Assembly: GCA_024679065.1 (NCBI GenBank)
Contig: JAGIQG010000028.1
Location: forward strand, 12,772,001-12,836,000
DNA: 64,000 nt
Reading direction: 5' to 3'
DNA from: Sphyrna mokarran
Lineage: Eukaryota
Position 1 is the stretch's first letter. Every line of letters begins with the position of its first letter. Made by a program: the position numbers and the translations under genes. The notes under the pieces were generated by a model, which searched no databases, had not been told where the DNA came from, and saw only the letters and a program-made list of their open reading frames with translations. Shown one piece after another: positions 36,977 to 49,320 of this stretch.

Positions 36977-37790
36977 AGGGCAGAATCCCAAAAGATTTCT
37001 AAGCGCTATAACAGTGCAAAAAATGGGGTGAACCAGCTGGTCTGACAGGCAAGCTCTGGATTGCAATCATTTCACATTCAATCATATTTTTGGAGAGTGG
37101 TGAGTTGTGCACCATTACTGAGGGGACTGGGGCTTAAACACGCCAGTAAGCTGGCTGCAGTAAGTTCGGCCGCTGTTTTGCAAAGGTGCCCTGATCTCAC
37201 AGTGCACTAGGAAACCACCTTCCTCCCCTCCACCATGGACATTGGGATCCCCTCCCCCTGTCAGTAGCATGCTCCCCAAAACAGGCCACCTACATCAGGG
37301 CCATCCCAATGGGTCCGCTATCATGAACCCCAACATCTCCCATCTTCGTGATCCACCTCTGCACAACCACCCCCGTCATATATCCTTACTGTCATAGCCC
37401 CACTCAGACCTCACCCCCATCCCATCCACCTCAGGTCCTACCCTTTTGACACTGCCCCTGAACACACTTACAGTACCCAGCTGACACTGCCAGTGTGCCA
37501 GGTGGGCACTGCCAGGTAAGCACTACCTGATGGGCACTACTTGGCCATGCCTCCAACCAGATGGGGACTTCAATAGCCTCTGATCTCTGGCATGACCATT
37601 GCACCTGGTCTGCCAGTGGAGATCAGTACTGATTCGCTCCAGCATGACGTCTCTCCAGAGAGGTGGGAAGAATCCAGGAGGGGGTAAGCGTGTGTGCTAA
37701 ACTCGCTAATGATATTGAAATCCAGTCAATCTTACACTAATAAGTCAGACATCCTGGCTGCAGTGCTGCCAAGAATCCCAATAAACTGTG
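36977..37790. mobile_element. GC-rich MITE-like or DNA-transposon remnant
   Basis: Starts gggcagaatccc; C-rich interior with ggcactgcc motifs; ends near agaatcccaa. Confidence 0.4.
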
Positions 37791-38512
37791 GTGAGGCCTT
37801 GGTTTGAAATTTACAGGTATCAGAACATTGGTTCCATACATGGCTGTCTGAGGGTATAAAAAAACATGCAGCTAACACTGCAGTAGCTGCTATCCTGTCC
37901 AGAACCCTGTCACTTCAAGACAGAATCTTCTCAGCAAGTAAGCAAACTATGCTGTGGAATTTCTGTGTATTTTTCTGTCAGTACCTCCATGTTCTATATT
38001 TGCAGGTGTATCAGGGACATTAGGGATTTAATACATATTGATTACTCTATGTTTTATAAATGACCAGACTGGTAACATCCATCATGTCTCATTCTCTTTT
38101 TCCTTGCTGATTATTTTCACTGTTGGCTTTCTTCATTTGTCTCTAGTGAACAGTTCAAGTGATCGGCTGAGTAACATCAGTTATTTTCATTGTTTTGATT
38201 TGATTGTGGGATTGGTTATGGTTTAAGGATAAAAGCAATAGACTATCAGTGGCTCTTCAACTATTGTTTAACCTCCAACATTTTTTTGTTGCAAGCCAGA
38301 CCTTTAAATGACATAGCGAAGTCTTTTAATTCCATGCTGCCAGGTCTGATGCACCCATTTTAACTTGCTGCTTTTATGAATGGTCTTGGTGTCGCAATCT
38401 CTTAGTAATAGAGACGCAATGTGGAGAAGGTTCAGAGGTCAAGCCTGGCTGATGTGATTAGTGGGAGTGACAGAATGTGCTTTCAAACCACTCAGCAGAA
38501 CTCCGAGAGTGG

Positions 38513-38532
38513 GAGAGAGAGAGAGAGAGAGA
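38513..38532. repeat. (GA)n microsatellite
   Basis: gagagagagagagagagaga. Confidence 0.95.
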
Positions 38533-41409
38533 TAAAACTTCACCAGCACAGGGAAAGAAAGGGGTTGAAGAGCTGGTCAAGAGGGCTGAAGGCTCTGCCT
38601 CAATTGCTGAACAGGGGCCCGACACAGCTCAGTGTCCACTGGAGTTCTCTGAGCTTTCCAATAGTTTGAAACTTATCTTTCCGGAGCATATTCAAACAAG
38701 TCCAGCACTTTGAGGCCCACAGTAGCAGAGTTCCACATCTTTAAATACAGACACAGGTCAGCAATTTCTGATTTTATTCTGGGTGCTGGAAAAATCCAGT
38801 GTAGCCTGCGTGTCATTTTAAGAAATATTTTGTGTTTTTATTTCACTTTCTTTTATGAAGTTCAGTGACAAAACCCATGAAAAGGCAGAGAGGGGGCTTC
38901 TCTTCTGATGTTGCAATTCAGAGTGCTGGGAGTTAATGGTGTGAGGAACCCTTTAACTCCTTAGTGAAAGAATTTTGCTTTTTTTATTTATTGTTTTGCT
39001 TTTTAATAGCTTTCAATCATCCAGTTTTGCCCAGAATGCCCAGTCAGTCACAAACAAACTCTCAATCAGCTCTCCTTTTGCTCTGCAATCGAGTTTCAGA
39101 GTTAAAGTAGCATTGGGAATATATACACATATGCATATATTTATAAAATTATTAAGGCACTTTTTGTTATTGTGACTTTTACACTATCATTTAATTGTGG
39201 CCGACCATCATTGAAGTGAAAAATGGAGATGCATCACAAAAAAGGGGCAGAATGCTCAAATGGTAGGTTGGGGTTACTGCCAGATGGAGTCCTTATTTTG
39301 CGGGGGGGGGGGGCGGTGAATCTATGCTTCATCCAAACATCTAAAGCTGCCCATTTAACATGCTTTTATGTCCTTGGAACGAATGCCTTTTTTCCTAAGA
39401 GTCTTTCCCCTCGATATATAAAACAGCAAATTTCAGAAAAGACAGTGATACCAGTCAAAGGAAAGTGATAGTTTGGAGGAGGAAGGGGTGGAGAGGAATC
39501 CCTTGGCTGGTGTAACCTGGGGAAAGTGTGCTGTCTGGTAACATTGCAGTTAGCTCATGCTAACATTATTCCACAGTGTAAGGTGGGGATCGTAAAGGCT
39601 TGGAGGAAAGATGAAAAATGTGATAAAGGTTTTGGACTGTAGAAATACATGTGAAATGGGGCAGTTAAAAATATTTATCCTCATGTCAGAATACTGAAGA
39701 ATCTGCATCTTTGCACCAAATCATAAAGAGAAAAGTCAAAAATGCTGTGACAGTGTTATGTCACCCCCCCCCCGCCCCCCCAAACGGGGGTCGTAGGGAG
39801 GTGAGGGGGGCAGGGTAGCTCACAACCTTCCACCCTCTGTGGAGACCAAATCATTTTCAAAAGCTCTCTTTTGCTGCTGACGATTAACTGAACATATTTG
39901 TATATTATTTTGAATTTAATGTATTACTTTTGTGTTGAAAACTGCTGAAGTAAATATTGAGGGGAAAGAATTTGTTTGTTTATTAAATTTTAACAAATCG
40001 TATAAAAAAACATATTGAGAGGAATGTTCCATGGAGCCAGAACTCAGTCTTATATTGCGAGCAGAAACGATCTTTGTTTTCCTTCCTCTTGAGATGTTAT
40101 GAAAATGCTGAACTTACTAAAGAACTGAGCAAGCTCACAGTTCGAAACAAGCATTATAAAGGGATACAAAGGACAATGTCCCACTTCACTAGGCAATGGC
40201 GTCTCCTAGTGGTAATAGAAATTAATTGCAGCCACTTAAAATCCCATGCCGAACATGAAAGTAAATGTCCCAAGTCAGATAAAGGTTGAATCCTGTGGAC
40301 AGTCAGCTGAATTAACCAAGGGCAATTGGGAGACTTTGATTCTTTGAAAAAGAATTCCGCATAGTAAAGAGCTGCTTCAATTTGCAGCATTTTACAGAAA
40401 ATGGAATAAACATTGCAGTCACTACTTAATTAGTTGAGAATTCTGCAGTAAACCAGAATGGAATGGCCTTTCCCCCTTAAGTTTTTTACAACAATCTAGT
40501 CCACGTCCTTTCTTTCACAGTCACCTTACCTGGTGCCTTTGACAACTGATCAAACAGGAATTCAAATGTGTTTTGAGCTCACTACTTGTGAATTTAATTC
40601 CATAACCACTAAGATGCCATCAACCAAGTCTCTTCTCTTTACAATGTTTTATTGTTGTCTTCCAACAAGGGAGTCAGAGGGAAGAAAGCAAGGCAGTGGC
40701 AGCTTTGAATCCTGTGACTTGAGCTGGTGCCACAGATTATAGGATTGAAGCATTAATCCCCTGTTCTACTTTTTCCCATTTCTCTCCTGCAATGATTGTT
40801 TCTTAATGGCTGAGATTCCACAGATGCCAGTCACCCTCTGGTATCTCCCCTATGTGCTTTTCTGTGTACGTCAGTCCAGACACTGAGACTGGGCATGCTG
40901 CTCAGTCCACACCATTCCTCACCCCATATCACTGAAGAGTGATTTGGAATCCAGGATCTAGTTGATTACTCTACAGGGCCCGTTTGACTCTGATTCTACA
41001 ACATGTGCTTCATTCTTACTGCCGTCAGAGCAGATTAAGGATAAGCAATAAACATGACCTTGTCTATGTCACCACACTCCAAGAATAATAAAAAAAAACC
41101 TACCTGTTTGCTCTACTGTTTTCTGGGTCCTTGGTCTGTCTCCACGTACACATCCATACTTATAGACCCCCATAGCACCCACCATATTATTTTTATTTTT
41201 ATATTTTTATTTCCAAGTATGATTCTGTTCTTCTTTAGTGATCCAAGAGATATTTGTTGACATTCTGGGCTCTGTTGAACATGTTGGAGATTTGCCCGCC
41301 CCACTTTTCCCCTAGACACAGAGCATTTGGCCCCGGCCTCTGCCTTGTGAAGCCAACTCCAGCTGCAACTTGTATGTGTTTTCTGTGTTTATATATAATG
41401 GCTTTTTGC

Positions 41410-41578
41410 ACATGTGTGTGTATAGGCATATGTTTGGTGTACGTGTGTGTCAACACCATGGCGTGTGTGCGTATGCTTGTGTAAGTGTATGTGTGAATGC
41501 TGTATTGTGTGTGTGTGTCTGTGTGTCTGTGTGTGTGAATACTGTGTTGTGTGTGTGTGTGATTGAGTGTGTGTATGC
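41410..41578. repeat. Imperfect (GT)n microsatellite
   Basis: tgtgtgtgtgtgtctgtgtgtctgtgtgtgtg and flanking degenerate TG runs. Confidence 0.9.
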
Positions 41579-42399
41579 ACCGTGAAATTCATCTTGGGCA
41601 GTTGAATAGCTAAGCAATATCAAACCAACAACTCTTTTTACACTCGGCTAGCCCAATTTCTCTTACCACTGTGGAAAAGGCAATTAGGCATAGAGAGTAA
41701 AAAGGGCCAGCACTTCACCAATGTCTGATCCGTACTATTGCCCAAAACCAATTTTCACCATGTGTGTTTTTCTGTGCGTGCGTGATTTTTTTGTGTTGAG
41801 TGAATTGCTCGTTCCTCTTGTGATACTCAGGTTATAATAAAGTACTGTTCAAGTTATTTCCCCCCCAACAAAATGCTCAACACAAATCCCAAAGGCAAAA
41901 GTAGGTTCTGGTAACATTTAGCATCTAATATAATTGTTCTGCCCTAAGCTGCTTCTCATTTTTTTCTCCCTACATCCTTTTTAATTCCCTTCTTGCCACA
42001 AGACTATAAGCTTTCAAACTGGGGTCCTGACCCCAGGGTGTCAGAAAGTGGAGGGGGATCACAGAGCATTCAAGAGGTCACCAGATTTCAGTTCATGTCC
42101 TAATAATTCAGGTATTGCTTGAATTATTTTCACCATCATTTCTGTTGCTATTCTCTAATAACAAAATAATTTTTGCAGCAATAATGCTTTTTCTTCAGGT
42201 AACTGCCAGTGTCCATTTGGATATTGAATCGGGGAGTGTTAGGCTCATGTCTATTCACAATCATGCCCCCTTCGCAAAGAAATCAAATGAAGTGCTCTGT
42301 TTTAAATGACTTAATGAATAGAAACATGACAACTGACAGCACAAAGAGCTAGATGTTATAATGAAAAATGTGGCTTCTTCTCTTTCTTGAGGTGCCATC

Positions 42400-42722
42400 C
42401 TCAGTGGCAGAATGGTTAGCACTGCTGCCTCTGAGGTCCAGGGACTCAGGTTTAATTTCAGCCTTGGGTTACTATCTGTGTGGAACTTGCACATTCTCCA
42501 TGTGTCTGTGTGGGTTTCTTCTGGGTGCTCCGGTTTCCTCCCACACTCCAAAGATGTGTGATTTAGGTTGACTGGCCATGCTAAATTGACTCTTAGTTTC
42601 AGGGGGATAAGTGGAGTAACTTTGTGGAGTTACAGGATTAGAGCCCAGATGGGATTGTTGTCAGCAAAGGCTCAATGGGCTGAATGGCCTCTTTCTGCAC
42701 TGTAGGAGTTCTGTGATTCTAT
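42400..42722 (+). mobile_element. HE1/V-SINE (CR1-type tail); further copies at 44458-44740 (+) and 63830-64000 (+, cut by window end)
   Basis: gtggcagaatggttagcactgctgcct...gtgctccggtttcctcccacactccaaagatgtg...gggctgaatggcctctttctgcactgtagg. Confidence 0.88.
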
Positions 42723-43671
42723 AACCTATAATCCTCAATCTAGAGTCAACACAATTAATAGGAAATATCTCTCGCTAATGTGGTCTGCCATTAACATCTG
42801 TTATAAAATTGAAAGTATTTTTGGTGCCAATCTTTCACCAGCTGTCCTAACTTTCCACCCTTGGCTCACTCCTCATCTTGAGGGTTTGACCTCAGAGCTT
42901 TTCCTTTTCTTCAGTAGATCAAGAGCCCAGTTGCTTGAAGTGTAGAGTTTAAACATCATGTACAACTACTGAATTTTTCTCATTGCAAATATGAACTGCA
43001 ACACCAAGACACAGGAAGTGACCACTGACTGAACAGAGGCTTTTTAAGCCTTTAGTATCAGGCAGCCATCTATGATAAACGCAATTGCCATGTTCAGTCC
43101 TTTAGTGGCACTTTGTTAATCAGAGCTGTAAGTTTGAAGTTGTGGCTAAGGCTTAATAGAGCTGGTCCATTAACCAGATGCCTTAGTCACTGCTGCCTGC
43201 TTGAGAACCAGCAGGATTCAAAGCAACAGCTATATGGCCAGTTACATCAGCAGTGAGCCAAATAACATTTCTTGGTGTCTAAATACTTGTTCTTAAGGGT
43301 TTGGAATATCCACTATCCCAATCTTTTACACTTTAGCTGTGGAAAATTGTTTGGCCAGATTACAAATTCTACTTACTGCTTCTCTGTATGAAGAGTGTGA
43401 CGTGAAGCAAAAGAACTTTTCACTTTAGGTTGGAGTACATTGTGGATAAGTGAGACAGAATGTTGTTCAGGGCTGATGTTTATATTCCAGCCCTGTGAAC
43501 AGAAGTCACAGTGAAGGGACTATTGGTATTAATCACTGTAAATTGATAGAATCTCAATGCATTCAGCAAGGTAAGGACTAAATCTGTACTTGCTGCATTT
43601 TCTGTAAAAAGCTACAAACACCCTGTTGATTCAACAGCCTAGATTAATTCCATATTTGATCTTGTTTCCAG

Positions 43672-43774
43672 ATTTACTATAAAGTAATTAAAGAAGTTAA
43701 ATCAGGCGATGAGCTGCTTGTTTTTATGAAAGACGGTATCTATCCTGATGGGACAATGCCACCAAACCTTGATG
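43672..43774 (+). CDS. PRDM16: PRDM16 internal exon (exon 5 equivalent), end of PR domain
   Basis: tttccAG|...|GTaagc; 103 nt, phase 0-1; IYYKVIKEVKSGDELLVFMKDGIYPDGTMPPNLD (recalled human IYYKVIKDIEPGEELLVHVKEGVYPLGTVPPGLD). Not in the ORF track. Confidence 0.96.
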
Positions 43775-43804
43775 GTAAGCCTTGTTAATAAATCCATACA
43801 CATC

Positions 43805-44245
43805 TCCGATTGCGGTGAGACAAAACAGTACCTCTAACCAATCACAGTGAGACAATGCAGTCCCTCTCCATCCGATCACACTGAGACAACGTGGTGTCTC
43901 TAACTGATTACAGTGAGACAATGCAGTCCCTCCCCATCCGATCACAGTGAGACAATGTAGTGTCTCTAACTGATTACAGTGAGACAATGTAGTGTCTGTA
44001 ACTAATCACAGTGAGACAATGCAGTCCCTCCCCATCTGATCATGGTGAGACAATGTGGTGTCTCTAACTGATCACAGTGAGACAATGCAGTCCCTCCCCT
44101 TTTGATCATGGTGAGACAATGTGGTATCTCCTAACTGAATGTGGTGAGACAATATGGTCCTTCTCTATCTGGTCGTGGTAAAGCAATATTGTGCCCATCT
44201 AACTGACCGTGGTGAGATAATGCAGCACTTCTCTGACTGATCACA
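43805..44245. repeat. Minisatellite of alternating 32/34-bp units (66-bp dimer), about 13 units, just downstream of the exon 5 donor
   Basis: (g/c)tgagacaa at 43815, 43847, 43881, 43913, 43947, 43979, 44011, 44045, 44077, 44111 and 44144. Confidence 0.93.
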
Positions 44246-45324
44246 AAACAAGAACTGAAGCACGCAATGTGGTGGATGTACTCCTGTATCCTCAAACAGC
44301 GATTCAGCATCTTCTGAGGTCTTTCCCTGTCTTCCATTCCTCTCAGAGAGGAGGGACAATCAATGATCAGCCTTCTGAACTTTCATCCATCTGTTTTCAG
44401 CACTCTCTGAGATGCATCAACAGTAACCGAGTCAGTGATGAGTGCAACTCTTTCAATGGTACGGCACGGTGGCACAGTGGTTAGCACCGCTGCCTCACAG
44501 CACCAGGGACTGTGCTTCTGGCCTCAAGTGCCTGCATGTTCTCCCTGTGCCTGTGTGTGTTTCCTCCAGGTGCTCGCCCCACAGTCTAAAGATAGGTTAG
44601 GTTGATTGGCCATACTAAATTCCCTTTAGTATCTGGGGGATTAGAAGAGTAAATATGTAGGGTCCTGGAATAGGATCTAGGTGGGATTATTGTCAGTGAG
44701 GCTCGACAGGCCAAATGGTCTTCTTCGATGCTGTGATTTCCATGAGCTGGATGCTGCATTGTAAACCCAACATTAGTTAACTCATTGCAAACAGATCTAC
44801 CCCAGGTCATTTTGTGCTTTTTTCTTTCCTCCGAATTTCCTCCTCTTAATTTTGATCATAATTCTAATTGGGCGATGAGACATCAATATCTTTGAGAATA
44901 GGGAAAGGAGAAAGTAAGAACTTCTATTTATACAGTGCCTTTCACAACTTCAAGATGTCCCAAAAAATTTTACCCCTAATGAAATACATTTTGAGGTGAA
45001 ATGATTGCTGTAGTTTGAAGAAGTCATTAGGCAGTTTCTTATCATTTGCAGTTTAGTGCCTGATTTTCTTAGCAGAGTGTTAGCAAGTTTCAGAATCTGT
45101 TTAGAACAGAGTTTAACTCTGCTGTCTCAGTGGATAACTGCATCTTCTGGTGCAGTATGGGGTTACAGAAACCAAGAAGGTGCTGGATTGTGCGGAGTTA
45201 GCAAATCTTCAGGTTCAGTGAGCTGCTAGAATTGGTCCTAGCTCTCAATGTCTCTGATCTAGAGAGAGAAAGGAGGAAAATCACAGAAGGACTCCTATAA
45301 CCAAGTGGTAACCAATGGAATCTA

Positions 45325-46550
45325 AATAGAAAGTAAACACTGCTAGATACTGGATCGGGGCTGGAACCAAAAGAGAAAATGCTAGAAAATCTCAGCAGGT
45401 CTGGCAGCATCTGTAAGGAGAGAAAAGAGCTGACATTTCAGGTCCAGATGATCTTTGTCAAAGCTAAAATGCATAGAAAGTGGGAGATATTTGTACTACA
45501 GGGTGAGGGAATGAAAGATGAGTCATACTACAGAAACCAGGGGAAAAGATTGCTGATGGCAGTCCACAGAGAAATAAAGGATGTGAATGGCCAAACAGCA
45601 CACAAGCTAAAATGAGAGAGTAGGCTGTGTAAGACGAAGATGTTGGGGGAGGGGGATGGATGGGACAGAGATAAAATTTAGAAAAGGGGAAGCAAAGGGG
45701 GAGGAAAGGTAAGGGAAGGGGGATAAAAAGGGGGAGAGAGTGTGGGGAAGGAAAATGAAGAACGGCAATAAAGAAATAAGAGGTAAAGAACAATAAAAAA
45801 AGAATGAAAACAAAGGGGTAGAGCAAATCATCTGAAGTTGTTGAATTCGATGTTGAGACCAGAAGGCTGTAAAGTGCCTACCTGGAAGATAAAATGCTGT
45901 TCCTCTAGTTTGTGTTGAGCTTCACTGGAACATTGCAGTAAGCCGAGGATAGACATGTGAGCATGGGAGCAGGATCGTGTGTTAAAATGGCAAGCAGCCA
46001 GAAGGCCAAGGTCCTGATTACGCATGGACTGAAGGTGATCATCAAAGCAATCACCCAGTCTACGCTTGGTCTCTCCGATATAGAGAAGACCACATTGGGA
46101 GCAGTGAATGCAATCCACCAAATTGGAAGAGGTGCAAGTGAAATGCTGCTTAATACTGGAATGAATGTTTTGGACCTTGGATGGTAAGCATAGAAGAGAT
46201 AAAGGGACAGGTGTTACAACTTCTGTGATTGCATAGGAAGATGCCATAAGTGACAGGAGAGATGTTGGGTATAGTAGAGGAGTGGACTAGGTTATCCAGG
46301 AGGAAACAGTCTCTACGGAATGCTGACAGAAGAAGTGAAGGGAAGATGTGTTTGGTGATGGCATCATGCTGGAGTTGGTGAAAATGGCAGAGGATTATGG
46401 TTTGCATGCGGAGTTGGTGGGGTGAAATGTAAGGACAAGGGGGACCCTATCCTTGTTCTGGGAGGGAGGGGAAGGAGTGAGAGTCATGGTGCGGGAGATG
46501 AACTACACGCTGTTGAGGGTCTTGTCGACAACTGTAGATGGGAATCCACA
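45325..46550 (-). mobile_element. 5'-truncated Penelope-like retroelement (RT thumb/linker, GIY-YIG endonuclease, pLTR); pseudogenic
   Basis: Minus-strand DRVPLVLTFHP, CNHRSCNTCP, FTCTSSNLVDCIHCSQCGLLYIGETKRRLGDCFDDH...HFN...EQHFIFQVGTLQPSGLNIEF; frameshifted; pyrimidine-rich UTR and degenerate hammerhead at 45427-45465. Confidence 0.9.
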
Positions 46551-47364
46551 TTGAGTCAAGGGCTGGCCTTAACTTCAGCTTGACCTTGGCTGTAATGTCA
46601 CCTACTCATTTGTAAAGGTTTGCACATGAGGCTTTCCCAGGGTGTGTAAGAAACCTCTGACAGAGTCAACAGTCTGTATCTTCTGGACTAGGAGAAGAAT
46701 GAATTCTGGCAAGGATGGAGACTATGGTATAACATAGGAAGAGAAAAGATTGACCTATGTACAATCAGTGACTGAAGCTTGAATGAGCTGCTCAGTGATC
46801 TGTCTACTGAGGAGTTGGCTCCATGGATTAGTATGCAAAGAACACACAACTCTCCTCTCTTTGGCTCTTTATTACGTTTTTGAAACCTATTAGGACCTGA
46901 TTTATTATTTGTCTGGCATTCATTTTTGTCCCAACTGCTGTTGATGAGAGCGGAGATACACGGACAGAGACACTGAGGCCAAGGACAGGGGTAGGGAGGT
47001 GCAGAGAGTGGATCTAGGTTAACTCCTGTTGAAGTGAGAGGCGTGGGGGCAGAGTCCAGGCAGACCTGACCCCTTCACACCAGTTGTTATGTTGGAAAAT
47101 TTACAGCATCCAGTGGATTGTTTGACTTGGCACAGGGATCAGGATGCTGCCTCGTAAACTCAATAATAGCTGCTCCCTTTCTTTAATTTGTTTGAACTTG
47201 GGCTGCAATAATTTATGGTTATACAGTACAGGCCTTCGCAGCATTCGGCCTGAAGGTTTCTGCATGATTTTACCAGCTCTCTGCTCAGTACTTTAACTTT
47301 ATTTAATTTCTAATTTTCGTTCTCACATTTGTGCGGGTTTTCTTCAACTGCTGGCCCCCCACAG

Positions 47365-47563
47365 AAGAGCAGAGGTACCGATGTGGAGACTGTGACGAGC
47401 TGTTCCGCTCAAAAGTGGCGCTGCGGCGACACCAGGCGTATGCTTGCAACAACGTTAATGCCATCTTCACCACCATCAACGAGGATTTCAAACAGAGTCA
47501 GCTGGGTGATGAGCAGCTCCATGAGTGCAAGGATTGCGATCGGATATTTCCCAATGAGTACAG
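47365..47563 (+). CDS. PRDM16: PRDM16 internal exon (exon 6 equivalent), atypical C2HC ZF0 plus first half of ZF1
   Basis: cccacAG|...|GTatgt; 199 nt, phase 1-2; EEQRYRCGDCDELFRSKVALRRHQAYAC...HECKDCDRIFPNEYS. Confidence 0.95.
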
Positions 47564-49172
47564 GTATGTATAACTATGGGCTAGGGCCAGAGACGGCCGG
47601 AGAAGATGACAATTTAACCACTTTGCTGCTAGTGTTATTGGTGACATTACTTATGGGTGCTCAGCACAGTTTGCTGAGACTGTTCGCAAACCATGATGCA
47701 CTAATCTAAGATGCTGCATGTTTTTCTTAAATAGCAAGAGCCATAGTGAAGGAAGGTAAGGTTGTATATTATTCCCCAGTTTAGTGTGAGTTTTCAGGTA
47801 CAACATTTGTGAAACACTACCCCCAGCAGCATCATGGACATGCATGAGCTGGGTATTTAATAGCTGACCCATGTGGAAGGACCTGACCATCCCATTGTCA
47901 GTATTCTTGTGCTCCCTAAACAATTCAAGGGTTCTTACTACCACAATCTGGCTCTTGTGCATCCATTCAAAGTTCTTGTGCCTGATTCCTCTCTATGCTA
48001 CTCTAGTATAGATATTAACCCTAAATTACTCATTCAGGTGACAGCAAAACTAATCCCAATTTCTCTCCTTCTGTGCTTATACTTGTATTTTAAAAAAGCC
48101 TTTGTGAAGTGTGGTAATTCAGATTTGTAATGTATATTAAGACCTTATCACTTGTTTTAGTTTAAACACAACTCTTCATTCACTAATTGAGCTGTGTTCA
48201 ACCAAACATGAGTTAACTGTGGTTTAACTGTGTTGCTGGGGATTAATTTGAAAAGGTTTAGCCTCTTGTTGCTGCAACTTCCAGTAATTTAGCAAGATCA
48301 AGCTTTGTTTCTCATTCCCTTTCAAGTGGACTTGTAGTGGGGAGGGGTGGGGGGTGGGGTGATGTGGAACGAGAGGGAAGTCACTTGTAAGTGGGTAATG
48401 TTTGTAGAAGCTACAATGTCCTTATAGTCATTTCCCGGAAGCCTGTTTAGCTAAAGTAGTTAATAATAAGAATATATTATTGAAGCAAATGATTTTTTTG
48501 TTCACAAATGCAGCCTACAGCTCAGTCACAAATGGATAGCTCCCAGATTAGAAATCCTGGTCTGTTAACTGCTTATCTTAGTGTTGGGTCAGTAAAACCA
48601 CTCCTTATTTGGTAAATATTTGATCCTAACCGTTAAACCTGCTCTTTTGTTCTGTGCACGTTGTGATTTTTTTCCCTTAGTGTTAAGAATCTGGCATACA
48701 TAGTTTTATTCCTATTACATTTTTTCCCCCCAACTCATGTAAACCCCCCAAAAGATTGAGTGTCAGTGGGATACTCAACTATACAAGGCATCACAACTCT
48801 CTTATGGTACCTTCATTGCAGGCAGCATGGCTCCTCTTGTGTAAACCCAAACAGCAAGTGTCAGTGGGTTAGTCAACCATGAAGGCCATTAATATTGAGC
48901 CCAATGCTGTGCTTATTCAAACTGATACCCACACACAAAAGCTTTCCAGCTGACACTCTAGAGGATCTGGGATGCTGGGACTTAACTGCAGCAAACCAAC
49001 TACTACCTGGCTGAAAGCAACAAAATACAGCAGATTGAACTTGGGATCTCTGGTACTACAAAAGATGGCGCAATTACTTTTTCTTGTTTAAGGATATATA
49101 AAACTGTCCTCCATTATGTTGACACATAGTAATAAGTTAAGGGTTCTCGATCTCTTCTCTCTGTTGGTGCAG

Positions 49173-49320
49173 CCTGGAGCAACACATGATAATTCACAGT
49201 GAGGAACGTGAATATAAATGTGACCAATGTCCAAAGGCCTTCAACTGGAAATCCAATCTAATTCGCCATCAAATGTCCCATGATAGTGGGAAACGCTTCG
49301 AATGTGAAAATTGTGATAAG
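49173..49320 (+). CDS. PRDM16: PRDM16 internal exon (exon 7 equivalent), ZF1-ZF3
   Basis: gtgcAG|...|GTaagg; 148 nt, phase 2-0; [49 protein letters not shown]. Confidence 0.97.

Noticed and set aside
43840-44085. Repeated CACAGTG as V(D)J recombination signal sequences
   Set aside because: No ACAAAAACC-like nonamer at 12 or 23 bp and no Ig/TCR segments nearby
45828-46407. GIY-YIG nuclease ORF as a domesticated nested gene
   Set aside because: Frameshifted, 5'-truncated, with motif substitutions (VD for VY) and an attached pLTR; a dead Penelope copy
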